Assembly (NCBI GenBank): GCA_937894725.1
Contig: CALAYL010000049.1
Span: 8,900-72,899 of the forward strand
Length of the DNA: 64,000 nt
Direction: 5' to 3'
Source: an uncultured Bacteroidota bacterium
GTDB taxonomy: Bacteria > Bacteroidota > Bacteroidia > Chitinophagales > LD1
The stretch's first letter is position 1. Each line of letters begins with the position of its first letter. A model generated the notes under the pieces. The model saw only the letters and a list, made by a program, of their open reading frames with translations, was not told the DNA's origin and made no database searches. Shown one piece after another: positions 9,682 through 19,490 of the stretch. Made by a program: the position numbers and the translations under genes.

Positions 9682-10047
9682 CTATTTCTTAAAAAAAATA
9701 CGAACGGCAATTAGTATCAGGAGTACAGAAAATATTTTCTCCATGTATTCGCGCTTTATCAAGTAATTTGTCTTAGCACCCAACAATGCTCCGAAGAAAA
9801 AGCCTAGTGCAATTAATGCAGCTGCTTTGATATTTAGATTTCCATTTTGATAAAAAGTAATTGCAGCTAAAATACCTACTGGTGCTAAGATAGCACCCAA
9901 AGATGTTCCTTGTGCATCACGGAGCGAAAACCCATAAATAAACATCAAGGCAGGCACGATAATCACCCCACCGCCTATACCCATCAATCCACTAAGCCAT
10001 CCCGCAGCTAAGCCAATGGCCAAAAAACCTAAGAGTTGTAAATCCAT
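9682..10047 (-). CDS. TauE/SafE (TSUP/DUF81) family membrane protein, half-size
   Basis: 121 aa with about 4 TM helices and a Gly-rich GLMGIGGGVIIVPAL motif. Confidence 0.7.
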   Translation of the reverse strand: MDLQLLGFLAIGLAAGWLSGLMGIGGGVIIVPALMFIYGFSLRDAQGTSLGAILAPVGILAAITFYQNGNLNIKAAALIALGFFFGALLGAKTNYLIKREYMEKIFSVLLILIAVRIFFKK

Positions 10048-10058
10048 TAAGTAATAAA

Positions 10059-10790
10059 TTATCGTTCGTTAAAATGCTTTTCTGCTTCTGCCCAATTGAC
10101 TAAATTCCAATAGGCATTGATATAATCAGCGCGTCTATTTTGGTATTTTAAATAGTACGCATGCTCCCATACATCCAAATTGATAATTGGGGTTCCTTTT
10201 TCGACCATTATTTTCGTCATTAGGGGATTGTCTTGATTAGCTGTAGAGACGATGCTTAACTTGCCCTTTTTATCAGTAATCAGCCATGCCCAACCTGACC
10301 CAAATCTGCTTTTTGCGGCTGTATCAAACTCAGATTTCATTTTTTCAAAACTACCAAAATCTCTATCTATAGCCGTAGCCAAATTTCCGATAGGTATCTT
10401 AATCGGATTTGGAGAGATTATTTTCCAAAAGAGGGAATGGTTATAGTGGCCTCCGCCATTATTTCTAATGGGGGTATCGGTAGATTGTATTTTTGACAAA
10501 AGACGTTCGATTGAGTATCGCTCCAGCCTAGTGTCCTTGACCGCTTCGTTTAGTTTAAAAACATAACCAGCATGATGCTTAGTATAGTGTATTTCCATGG
10601 TGCGAGCATCAATATAAGGTTCAAGTGAATCATAAGAAAAACCAAGTTCTGGCAGCTTAAATCCACCCATACCATCATCTAGGGATATGGACGAAAATTC
10701 GCTTGGCAAACTGGCCGTAAGTGAATTAGGTTTTAAAAACAAAGTAAGCGAACCAAGTGCCGCTGTTTTCAAAAAATTACGTTTATTCAT
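10059..10790 (-). CDS. Fe/Mn superoxide dismutase with an export signal
   Basis: EIHYTKHH, NHSLFW and DVWEHAYYL motifs. A ~45-aa N-terminal extension carries a Tat-like KRNFLKTAALG signal. Confidence 0.93.
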   Translation of the reverse strand: MNKRNFLKTAALGSLTLFLKPNSLTASLPSEFSSISLDDGMGGFKLPELGFSYDSLEPYIDARTMEIHYTKHHAGYVFKLNEAVKDTRLERYSIERLLSKIQSTDTPIRNNGGGHYNHSLFWKIISPNPIKIPIGNLATAIDRDFGSFEKMKSEFDTAAKSRFGSGWAWLITDKKGKLSIVSTANQDNPLMTKIMVEKGTPIINLDVWEHAYYLKYQNRRADYINAYWNLVNWAEAEKHFNER

Positions 10791-10866
10791 TTTCTTGTTC
10801 TCTATAAACGCAAGGTACTAAATTGGATTCAGCTTGCATCAAAAAAAATCATAACATTTTCAAAAA

Positions 10867-12162
10867 CTACTGCTTCATTCGAGGGTCTAAAGCATCTGTA
10901 AGACCCTCTCCTATTAGGTTAAAGATGGTAACAGTAATAAAGATGGCAAAACCAGGAAAAATAGCCAACCACCAAGCTTGCGGCACTTGTCGGGCATAAG
11001 AGAGTAGCTGCCCCCAAGTCACGGTGTCGGCAGGTCCTAATCCTAAAAATGAAAGGGTGGACTCTGTAAGAATAGCCGATGCTATACCAAAAGCAATAGA
11101 TATCAATACTGGAGAAAGTGCATTGGGAATGGCATGTTTGAAAAGTGTGCGTGCATTTGAGTAACCAAGGGAATTAGCAGCTTCGATAAATTCGAGGCTA
11201 CGTACTTTCAACAGTTCTGCACGAATAAATCGAGCAATACCTGTCCATCCTGTAAGACCGATTATCATCATAATGACATAAAGATTCGGTTTTTTGATAA
11301 TAGAGATTATCAAGAGAATCAAAAACAAAGTAGGCACCGAATTGAGTATCTCAATAATACGGGAGATAATCATATCGAAAGGTACATTGACTTGCTTGCC
11401 TAAAAAAGGAATTTTCTTTAAGGGTATTACCAATAAATTGAGCGCAAATAAAACTGCTGCAAAAATGACTAAACTAATAGCTAATTGAAACAAACCTGCG
11501 CCCAAAGATTTACCCAAAGCATCGGTAATTTGATATGAGCGGGCCGAAAATCCTATGAAAAAAGAGAAGTAAAGTCCTATAATATTTATCCAAAATCGTA
11601 TTCGAGAAATCTTAAAATTATCATCACCCAAAAAACCCGCTAAAGCGCCCATCAAAATACCAATCAATGAGGCAATAGCCATAGATATAATCCCTACGGT
11701 CATGGCTATTTTAGTACCATGAATCATACCCGAAAGCACATCTCTACCTAGCTCATCTGTACCAAACCAATGCTTATATCTGAGTGATGGGATATTCTGC
11801 TCCTCGAGTGGACTCACCGAGTGGATGTTGTTGTCATCTTGATTCATTGGCAAGTATGGCACTGGTGGAAATATGGCAAAATCGTAGTTTATTTCTTTCC
11901 AATTGGTGCTAGAAAAACCATTCGGCAAGCTCACTATGCCCATATCTGAAAAATATTCTCTCACTATCGGCATGCGAATTTCTCCATTGTACTTGCAGAT
12001 AAGCGGTTTTTCATTGGCCAAAAATGGAGCAAACAATGCTATCACAACTAAAAAACCTGCGATCCAAAGTGATACTACAGCCGTTTTTTTCTTGTTGAAC
12101 TGACGTTTTACATACGCCCAATAACGTTGATCTTTTTCTTTATTTTCAATCTGGTTAGCCAT
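10867..12162 (-). CDS. ABC transporter permease (Opp/Dpp C-type)
   Basis: 431 aa, polytopic, with a binding-protein-dependent transport inner-membrane component pattern. It is adjacent to a second permease and a family-5 SBP. Confidence 0.85.
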   Translation of the reverse strand: MANQIENKEKDQRYWAYVKRQFNKKKTAVVSLWIAGFLVVIALFAPFLANEKPLICKYNGEIRMPIVREYFSDMGIVSLPNGFSSTNWKEINYDFAIFPPVPYLPMNQDDNNIHSVSPLEEQNIPSLRYKHWFGTDELGRDVLSGMIHGTKIAMTVGIISMAIASLIGILMGALAGFLGDDNFKISRIRFWINIIGLYFSFFIGFSARSYQITDALGKSLGAGLFQLAISLVIFAAVLFALNLLVIPLKKIPFLGKQVNVPFDMIISRIIEILNSVPTLFLILLIISIIKKPNLYVIMMIIGLTGWTGIARFIRAELLKVRSLEFIEAANSLGYSNARTLFKHAIPNALSPVLISIAFGIASAILTESTLSFLGLGPADTVTWGQLLSYARQVPQAWWLAIFPGFAIFITVTIFNLIGEGLTDALDPRMKQ

Positions 12163-12168
12163 TATTTC

Positions 12169-13704
12169 TTATTTCTTTGAGTAGGAGATACGAGGGTCAA
12201 CAATCGCATACATAATATCTGCAACTAAGTAACCTACGAGCGTCAATATTGCCGCAAACATAGTGGTGGTCAATATCATCGGATAATCTTTTTGTATCAC
12301 GGCCATATAGGTGGTCTGCCCTAATCCAGGTATGGTGAATAGAAACTCGAGGATAATCGAACCGCCAATCAGTGCAGGAAATACATGAGCAAATATAGTA
12401 ATGATGGGTAGAAGGGAGTTTCTGAAAGCATGCTTCCAAACTACAGTTTTATCAGAAAGTCCTTTGGCACGAGCTGTGCGCACAAAGTCTTGTCTAAGTA
12501 CGCCTAGCATCGCTCCTCGCATTTGTCGAGAGAGAAATGCAAAAGAACCATAAGTAGCCACTATTAATGGCAAAATCAAGTGATGAGCTAAATCACCGAA
12601 TTTGTACAAAAACCCATCTTCCCATGTAGCATCGCCCAATCCATAAGGAGGAAAAACATCTAGGTAATCGCCTCCTCCCAAAAAGAAAATTGCCAGTGTA
12701 CCTATCCAGAAACTAGGTAATGAATAGAGAATAAAAAGCACTACTGTGCTTATCCTATCGCCTCTACTATCTTTATTTACCGCTGAAAAAACACCCAAAG
12801 GAATAGATACAATGTATTGAATAATGATGGATAAAATACTGATTAAAAAAGTCCAAACGATAGCATCTTTGATGATAGAAATGACTGGACGCTTTGAAAA
12901 ATAGGATATGCCAAAATCCATACGGATAAAGCCTTTGGTTTTTAGAGGATCTGTCTCCTCTCCAATCCAGCTAGCAGTACCAAAGAGCCATCTATGATAC
13001 TGATTGGATGTACCATGCCAATGAAATGAAGGAATGTATCGTTTCCATGGAGTAGCTTTAGATTCAACTTCTGCTAAACTAGCTTTTGCTTGTGCCAATG
13101 TTTCGTTCACAGCTGGTATTGATACAGGAGCCAATGTTTCGGCTATTTGACCAAAAATCCGTTTGATGTCCTTGGGTTCAGATTTTAAATACAATCGGGC
13201 AGCTTCGTTTCTCAAAGCTATGAGCGCGTTGGTATTGAGTGAATCTTTGGCTGTGCCCAAGATACTCAACTCTAACTTATTGATAGCGGTGTAATAGGCA
13301 GAAATCTGATCCCAGTTTCCGTAATAAAAGGTCATGCGATCAAGCACCTCTCGGTGGTCACGTTTGGCTATTCTATTGAGGGTATCGCAGGTAGCAGCAT
13401 TTGAAAATGAAAAGTAAAAAGTAGGTAAATCAAGCCCTAATTTAGCTCTCACCTGCCTGTATGCTGCATCACTTGCTAGTCGATCCGAAGCTTGACCTTC
13501 TCCGCTGTTTCGGTTGAGCATGGTTTCTGCAGGATCGCCAGGGGCAGATGAAATAAGCAAGAAAGTAATAAGAGATATAAAAAACAAGGTAGGTAGAAAT
13601 ATCACCATCCTCTTTAGTATGTAACCAAACAATGGAAAAGAAAGCGATTGAAAAAACGATTTCTTTTTCGCAGCTGGTGATTGCGTATTGGGTTGATTTG
13701 ACAT
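12169..13704 (-). CDS. ABC transporter permease (Opp/Dpp B-type) with a large extracytoplasmic insertion
   Basis: 511 aa. An N-terminal TM helix is followed by a ~200-aa soluble insert and then a typical OppB-like 5-TM core. Confidence 0.85.
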   Translation of the reverse strand: MSNQPNTQSPAAKKKSFFQSLSFPLFGYILKRMVIFLPTLFFISLITFLLISSAPGDPAETMLNRNSGEGQASDRLASDAAYRQVRAKLGLDLPTFYFSFSNAATCDTLNRIAKRDHREVLDRMTFYYGNWDQISAYYTAINKLELSILGTAKDSLNTNALIALRNEAARLYLKSEPKDIKRIFGQIAETLAPVSIPAVNETLAQAKASLAEVESKATPWKRYIPSFHWHGTSNQYHRWLFGTASWIGEETDPLKTKGFIRMDFGISYFSKRPVISIIKDAIVWTFLISILSIIIQYIVSIPLGVFSAVNKDSRGDRISTVVLFILYSLPSFWIGTLAIFFLGGGDYLDVFPPYGLGDATWEDGFLYKFGDLAHHLILPLIVATYGSFAFLSRQMRGAMLGVLRQDFVRTARAKGLSDKTVVWKHAFRNSLLPIITIFAHVFPALIGGSIILEFLFTIPGLGQTTYMAVIQKDYPMILTTTMFAAILTLVGYLVADIMYAIVDPRISYSKK

Positions 13705-13722
13705 GGGTCTTTACAGATTGTA

Positions 13723-15465
13723 TTAATTAGCTAACTCGAAAGATGCCTCGTTATAACCCGGACGAGCTATAAATGTTTTCACATCTTTAAATCGTTTTGA
13801 TATCGCCATAGTGTTTTTAGGCGAAGACAAAAAGATATAAGGCACCTGATCGTGTATAATCACTTGAAACTTTTTGTACAAATCGTTACGTTTTGTCTCG
13901 TCTAGCTCAGAGCGAATATCATCTATCAACTTGTCTGTTTCGGCATTGCCAAAATAAACGTAATTGCTACCTCCGTTGATAGATTCTGTATGCCAGATTT
14001 GCTTAGGATCATCTGGCTGAGTAGAACCTATCCATGCGCCATAAAACATTTCAAAATTGTGGTTTTTTTGGTTCTCAATATAGATAGCCCACTCTTGCGG
14101 CACTACATCTACACCTATCCCGATTTGACGAGCAGCTTCCTTGAATATCAATGCGGCATCTCTACGAGAATCATTGCCGGCATTGTAAGTAAAGGTGATA
14201 TTAAATTCTGTAAGCTGCCCATTGATTACTTTATCTATAGTACCATCTCCATTACTATCTTTCCAACCTGCATCTGACAAAATCGCTTTCGCTTTTTCTA
14301 CATTAAAATCGTAGGGTGTGATAGTATCATTAAATGCACCCTTTTTATATGGGTTCACTGGCCCATTCACTCGTGTAGCCATATCGTATCCGATCACGTG
14401 CATAATTTTTTCTACATCTACCAAATGAGCTAATGCCTTACGAACACGCTTATCTTCAAACTTTGGATTTCGCATGTTCAATCCGAAATAACTATACGCC
14501 ATTTGGTCTGGGGTAAAGAGGTTGTAATTTTCTAATACTTTTTCAGATTTTTGCATTTGCTCTACAAAATCTTTTGGTTTGATACCAGACATCAAATCTA
14601 AACGCTTGCCTTTGAGCGCAGTCAGCGCGGCTGTTTGGTCTTTGATAATAGTATAAATAAACTTGTCAGGTTTTGCAACAAATGCATATTCTTTGTCTGC
14701 ATATTTGTTTCCCCACCAGTCTTTCTTTTTTGACAATACGATTCGCTGACCAGTCACCCATTCTGTAAACTCATACGGTCCAGATCCTCCGATAAATCCT
14801 TTTTGTCGTTGAAATTTTTCTGAATTATACTCTGCTGCAAACTCTTTCATTTGCGGATCGCTTTCTACTGATTTGATATCTTCACTCAGTTGCTTGATGG
14901 TAAATTTATCCATCAATTTTTTAGGATCATATCGGTATTGAGGTATAGCATAAAACTCACCACAAACATTTTTTGCCAAAATATATTTCTTGTTGCAAAC
15001 TATAGTTCCCTTCTGCTTATTGTCTGGGTAAGTGATAAAATCACTAATCAATTCAAAGTAAGGCCGGATTTGATCATTGTTTATTTGCGGTGCTTTGTAA
15101 AGTTTCAAGCTAAAGATTAAATCGTTCATAGTAATTGGCTCTCCATTGTCCCATTTAGCGTCATCACGCAACTCAAATGTATATTTAAGCAACTGTGTAG
15201 CTTCATCAAACTCTTCGATAGGCAATTCTTTTGCCAATACAGGCTCTAGCTGAAGTGTGATTGGATTTGTGCCCCAGAGAGGTTGAAACATTTGCGACAA
15301 ATAATATCCAGCATCAGCCGACTGATAGTTTGTAGGATTGAGCATATCTGTATCTGACAGCTCATGAATGACAACTTCATTTTTTTCTTTTTTCTTGCCA
15401 CATCCAAAAAGAATAAGTCCAGCAAGAACTATAGATAAAAAGCGATAAGAGTTTTTTACAACCAT
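13723..15465 (-). CDS. ABC transporter substrate-binding lipoprotein (family 5, peptide/nickel type)
   Basis: 580 aa with a lipobox (LILFGC) and the length and sequence pattern of an SBP_bac_5 protein. Confidence 0.85.
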   Translation of the reverse strand: MVVKNSYRFLSIVLAGLILFGCGKKKEKNEVVIHELSDTDMLNPTNYQSADAGYYLSQMFQPLWGTNPITLQLEPVLAKELPIEEFDEATQLLKYTFELRDDAKWDNGEPITMNDLIFSLKLYKAPQINNDQIRPYFELISDFITYPDNKQKGTIVCNKKYILAKNVCGEFYAIPQYRYDPKKLMDKFTIKQLSEDIKSVESDPQMKEFAAEYNSEKFQRQKGFIGGSGPYEFTEWVTGQRIVLSKKKDWWGNKYADKEYAFVAKPDKFIYTIIKDQTAALTALKGKRLDLMSGIKPKDFVEQMQKSEKVLENYNLFTPDQMAYSYFGLNMRNPKFEDKRVRKALAHLVDVEKIMHVIGYDMATRVNGPVNPYKKGAFNDTITPYDFNVEKAKAILSDAGWKDSNGDGTIDKVINGQLTEFNITFTYNAGNDSRRDAALIFKEAARQIGIGVDVVPQEWAIYIENQKNHNFEMFYGAWIGSTQPDDPKQIWHTESINGGSNYVYFGNAETDKLIDDIRSELDETKRNDLYKKFQVIIHDQVPYIFLSSPKNTMAISKRFKDVKTFIARPGYNEASFELAN

Positions 15466-15524
15466 TTTTTTGATATTTTGTTAGACAACAAACATAAAGA
15501 TTTTTTATTCACTTTATAGTATCT

Positions 15525-16433
15525 ATGAAAACCATACTTATCACAGGCGCAAGCGGGCTTATAGGAGGCCATCTTATAAAATCACTCCAAAAAAAGGGTC
15601 ACACCGTCAAAACACTTACTCGTACAGCATTTGACTCTGGTACAAATGTCGAACAATACCACTGGGATATTGAGAAAAAAACGATAGATGCAAAATGCCT
15701 TGAAGGCGTAGATAGTATCATCCACCTAGCAGGTGCAGGGGTAGCCGAAAAACGCTGGACAGCTGATAGAAAAAAAGAACTTTGGGAAAGTAGGACTAAA
15801 TCGACCCAACTTTTGTACGATTGCCTAAAAAACAATTCTCATCAAGTAAAATCTTTTGTAAGCACATCAGCCGTAGGCTACTATGGGGATAGAGGCAATG
15901 AAATATTGACTGAAAAAAGCACAAAAGGAGAAGGTTTTTTGGCAGACCTCTGTGAAGTATGGGAAAATGAAGCGATGAAAATAAGCGAACTTGGAATAAA
16001 CGTAGCTATAGGCCGTATAGGCATAGTATTGGCTAAAGAAGGTGGTGCCTTGCCCGAAATGATGAAACCGCTCATATTTGGTGCAGGAGGCTATTTTGCA
16101 AAACATCCACTTTTTTACCCATGGATTCATATCGAAGATATAGTGCGTGCATTTACTTTTTTAGTACAAAAAGAAAAAGTGGAGGGTGTTTACAACTTCA
16201 CATCTCCACATCCGGTATCGCAAAAAGCACTCATAGAGGCAGCCATAAAAGCTAAGGGATTAAAACCTATTTTAGCACCTACACCTAAGGTTATGCTGAG
16301 CTTGATGATGGGGGAAATGGCTGATATGCTTTTCAATAGCCAAAATTGTAGTGCTACAAAACTACAAAAAGCAGGCTTCACATTTTCGTATGAAAAAATA
16401 GAAAAAGCGATGACCGATTTAATAACCAACTAA
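15525..16433 (+). CDS. TIGR01777/YfcH-like NAD-dependent epimerase family protein (with DUF1731)
   Basis: 302 aa with an N-terminal GASGLIGG Rossmann motif and a C-terminal region typical of YfcH-like proteins. Confidence 0.8.
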   Translation: MKTILITGASGLIGGHLIKSLQKKGHTVKTLTRTAFDSGTNVEQYHWDIEKKTIDAKCLEGVDSIIHLAGAGVAEKRWTADRKKELWESRTKSTQLLYDCLKNNSHQVKSFVSTSAVGYYGDRGNEILTEKSTKGEGFLADLCEVWENEAMKISELGINVAIGRIGIVLAKEGGALPEMMKPLIFGAGGYFAKHPLFYPWIHIEDIVRAFTFLVQKEKVEGVYNFTSPHPVSQKALIEAAIKAKGLKPILAPTPKVMLSLMMGEMADMLFNSQNCSATKLQKAGFTFSYEKIEKAMTDLITN

Positions 16434-16438
16434 ATGCG

Positions 16439-16771
16439 CTAAGGCTTAAGAAAAACATATTCTGAAACTAGATTGCCCTGTGTGCCTGTGGTAGAAGTGC
16501 CTACTAAAGTATAGCCTTTCTGTCGCATCTCATTTAGTGTAGCTACAACAAGTTTCAAATTGTTAGGCTCATCCTTTTCGCTATAAGTAGCTAAATCGAT
16601 GACCTCCGACTCTCCTGATTCATACGTAATCAATATTTGAGGTTCTAGAAATTCTTTTCCCATTGCGGCACCCTTAGTGCAGTCTATAACCCGAATAATG
16701 GCATAGCCGCCAGAAGCAAAACTACTTAAGTAAAACAAACAGATAACAACAAACAGACTTCCTTTTTTCAT
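16439..16771 (-). CDS. Hypothetical secreted protein
   Basis: 110-aa ORF with a signal peptide. No known motif. Confidence 0.55.
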   Translation of the reverse strand: MKKGSLFVVICLFYLSSFASGGYAIIRVIDCTKGAAMGKEFLEPQILITYESGESEVIDLATYSEKDEPNNLKLVVATLNEMRQKGYTLVGTSTTGTQGNLVSEYVFLKP

Positions 16772-16829
16772 TTAGCTAAAATAAATCTTCTAATAGTAGA
16801 AAACGGTTTATTCGAGTATTTATTATTAC

Positions 16830-19142
16830 TTAAAATTTAAAATTCACTTGCAATGTGTAAGAGCGAGGTGGATTTGGTTTAGCTACACGCAATGCATAGT
16901 CTGAGTTCAAGATATTTTTAATCAAGAAATTAAAGGTGATATGCGTGTTTAAATCATACCCAAAGCGCATGTCCCAAATCCAGTCTCCTTTGCCATATCG
17001 AGCTTTTCGAACTTCTGATAGTCCAGGAATAGCAAAATCAAATACTGGGTCTATACCATCCATGTAGCTATAATACATAACTGAGGTTCCTACTCTATAA
17101 TGCTTATATACCAAGGCATCTAAGTCGAATTTGAACGTGTGTCTATTTCTATATTTTAACATAGGAATACGGCTTGCAGAATCCGTTTTTACAAAATTGG
17201 CAAAGGTCTGCTTTATCATCCATCCTATATTGCTACTTGCATTGGGGCTACTCAAATCGAGTGGATAAAAATAAGTGTACCCTCCTTGGAAACTCAAATC
17301 TACCGGACCTATTTGACCCTCACCCACTAGGGCAAACTCCCAGCCTAATATACGAGCACGGGTAATGTTTTTAGACTGAAAAAATGCTTGCAAGCCACCA
17401 CTATTAATTGCCGCACTATCTAGGTTAAACTCTATCATTTGTTTAAACTCATTGTAGAAAATAGCTGCATCTGCATATCCTCGCCATTTCTTACCTATAT
17501 TGAAACTTCGCTTATACCCTAACTCTCCAGTATAGCCAGATTCGGGCTTGAGATTAAAGTTTGGTTTGATAAAGATATACCCCAACTGATAATCTACGAA
17601 GCGTTCAGCAATACTGCCATAGCGGAAACCTTGACCAAATCCAAAGCGGATGTAATTGTACTTTTTGAACTGATAGTTGATTCCAAAACGAGTAACAGGA
17701 AGTGTAAACTTGGTAATGCTATCTAGGTTGATATACTCTGAACGAATACCTAAGTTGACGGTAAGCCCTCGCCAACTAACATCGCCTTGCAGGTATGCAC
17801 CACCCTGATTCCCTTTATGAATACCGAGTGTATTATCTTGCACTACAGAAAAATTATTGTTAAATCCTACGATGATTTTGGCAAGGCTCCCAAAGTCGTG
17901 ACGATATTGTAAATCTGTATAAAACTGATGAAACAAAGGGCGTCCTTGTTTGTCTGCTAAACTCTTTTGAAAATAATATCGAGTCAAGAGTTTAACCTGA
18001 TTATTTTTTTTATCCATGTAGGTAATACTAGGATCAATAGCGGTATAGAAATAGTTTTCCTTTATCACTACACCATCGGCTGAGATGTATGGATTTTCAG
18101 CATTTTTCCAAAAAAACTGAAACGAACTTTTTCTAAAAAGGGCATATCCGCTCAATCCAAAAATGAGTCTATTTTCAAACTTTTTAGGGAGAAAACGAAG
18201 TTTTGTACTGATACGAGCACGATGATCTATTTCACTTTGAAGATAGCTATTCTGCTGGTGTGCATTGCCCCCTAGCTGCCATTCAAAACCACCTTTCGTT
18301 TTTTCACGATGGTTGAATGTCATACCTATTGTATAGGGTGTGCTGTTAAATGGATCTTTTCCATAATTCCACCATTGGTAGCTTTTTACCTTAGGCTTAT
18401 CATAGATTTCCATATAAGTAGTAAAGGTGGTTTGTGGCTTATCCGTAGGGTTGGCAGTCGAAACTTGAATAATACCATTGAGCGCAGATGACCCAAACTG
18501 AACTGAAGATGCACCTTTAAGTACCTCTACTTGAGCGAGATTTTCGAGTGGTACAAACTCCCATTTTATCTCTCCTCTATCTGGTGTCAAGAGGGGCATA
18601 CCATCAATAACCATCGTAACACGACTACCACTTCCATATGAGTAGCCACTACCTCCACGTATCGAAATCGAATTGTCAGCAACCGTTACCCCAGGTACTT
18701 TTGCTATAGCTTGTATTACATTTGTGATGTTATTGTTTTCGATTACTCTTGGCTTATACACCTCTATAGTTACTGACTCTTTTTGAATACGGGTAGATGA
18801 TTTTCCTGAACTTACCACTATCGTATTGAGCTCCATATCAGCATATTTGAGCGTTTTATTATCCGTTTTAGTTTGACCAGAGGTAAGTACGTAATCTACG
18901 GTATCTGCCTTATAACCTGTAAAATAGAATATCAAAGACGTGTTGCCCGTTGATACTTCGATGCTAAATGCCCCAGATTGGTCAGTAAGTACTCGATTGA
19001 GCGTACCTAATTCGGTAACGCTTGCGCCTACCATAGGTGCACGTGAATCAGCTTCTCTTAAGATGCCTTTTACTGTGGCTTTTTGGGCAATAGCACAGGT
19101 AGATATCAATAAAAATATTGCGAGTAAAAATTTAATTTTCAT
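16830..19142 (-). CDS. TonB-dependent receptor with an N-terminal carboxypeptidase-regulatory-like domain
   Basis: 770 aa with a signal peptide, a CarbopepD_reg-like start (VKGILREADSRAPMVGASV), a plug region and a beta-barrel ending in a terminal Phe. Confidence 0.9.
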   Translation of the reverse strand: MKIKFLLAIFLLISTCAIAQKATVKGILREADSRAPMVGASVTELGTLNRVLTDQSGAFSIEVSTGNTSLIFYFTGYKADTVDYVLTSGQTKTDNKTLKYADMELNTIVVSSGKSSTRIQKESVTIEVYKPRVIENNNITNVIQAIAKVPGVTVADNSISIRGGSGYSYGSGSRVTMVIDGMPLLTPDRGEIKWEFVPLENLAQVEVLKGASSVQFGSSALNGIIQVSTANPTDKPQTTFTTYMEIYDKPKVKSYQWWNYGKDPFNSTPYTIGMTFNHREKTKGGFEWQLGGNAHQQNSYLQSEIDHRARISTKLRFLPKKFENRLIFGLSGYALFRKSSFQFFWKNAENPYISADGVVIKENYFYTAIDPSITYMDKKNNQVKLLTRYYFQKSLADKQGRPLFHQFYTDLQYRHDFGSLAKIIVGFNNNFSVVQDNTLGIHKGNQGGAYLQGDVSWRGLTVNLGIRSEYINLDSITKFTLPVTRFGINYQFKKYNYIRFGFGQGFRYGSIAERFVDYQLGYIFIKPNFNLKPESGYTGELGYKRSFNIGKKWRGYADAAIFYNEFKQMIEFNLDSAAINSGGLQAFFQSKNITRARILGWEFALVGEGQIGPVDLSFQGGYTYFYPLDLSSPNASSNIGWMIKQTFANFVKTDSASRIPMLKYRNRHTFKFDLDALVYKHYRVGTSVMYYSYMDGIDPVFDFAIPGLSEVRKARYGKGDWIWDMRFGYDLNTHITFNFLIKNILNSDYALRVAKPNPPRSYTLQVNFKF

Positions 19143-19262
19143 TTAAATAGTTTCAGTCAAACACTTCATTTTCCGCACCAAATAAACAAAATTTATGAAA
19201 TAGATTGCGAATGTAATAGTTCACATATAGTGGATTGTGTAAAAAAAATAGATATTTACCCT

Positions 19263-19490
19263 ATGGAACTTACCGACTTTGTGGCGCGATTTGCCAGTTG
19301 CTTTTCTCAAACTGAATCTTCAAAAATCAATGCCAATACGGCTTACAGAGCATTAGAGGAATGGAATTCGATGCTGGCACTCATCATTATAGCCATGGTA
19401 GATACTGACTACAAAAAAGAACTAACAGCAGACGATATACGACATTCTCAGACCGTAAAAGACCTTTTTGATAGACTTAATAGTAAATAA
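19263..19490 (+). CDS. Acyl-carrier-protein-like small protein
   Basis: 75 aa from the ATG at 19263 (the track ORF starts at the GTG at 19230). LEEWNSMLALIIIAMVD resembles ACP helix II with Ser at the DSL position. The stop abuts the KAS III start. Confidence 0.6.
   Translation: MELTDFVARFASCFSQTESSKINANTAYRALEEWNSMLALIIIAMVDTDYKKELTADDIRHSQTVKDLFDRLNSK

Noticed and set aside
12197-12439. An 80-aa minus-strand ORF inside the OppB-like permease gene, in an alternative frame
   Set aside because: It is fully nested in a gene with a clear permease pattern. Its Cys/His/Tyr-rich sequence looks like out-of-frame translation.
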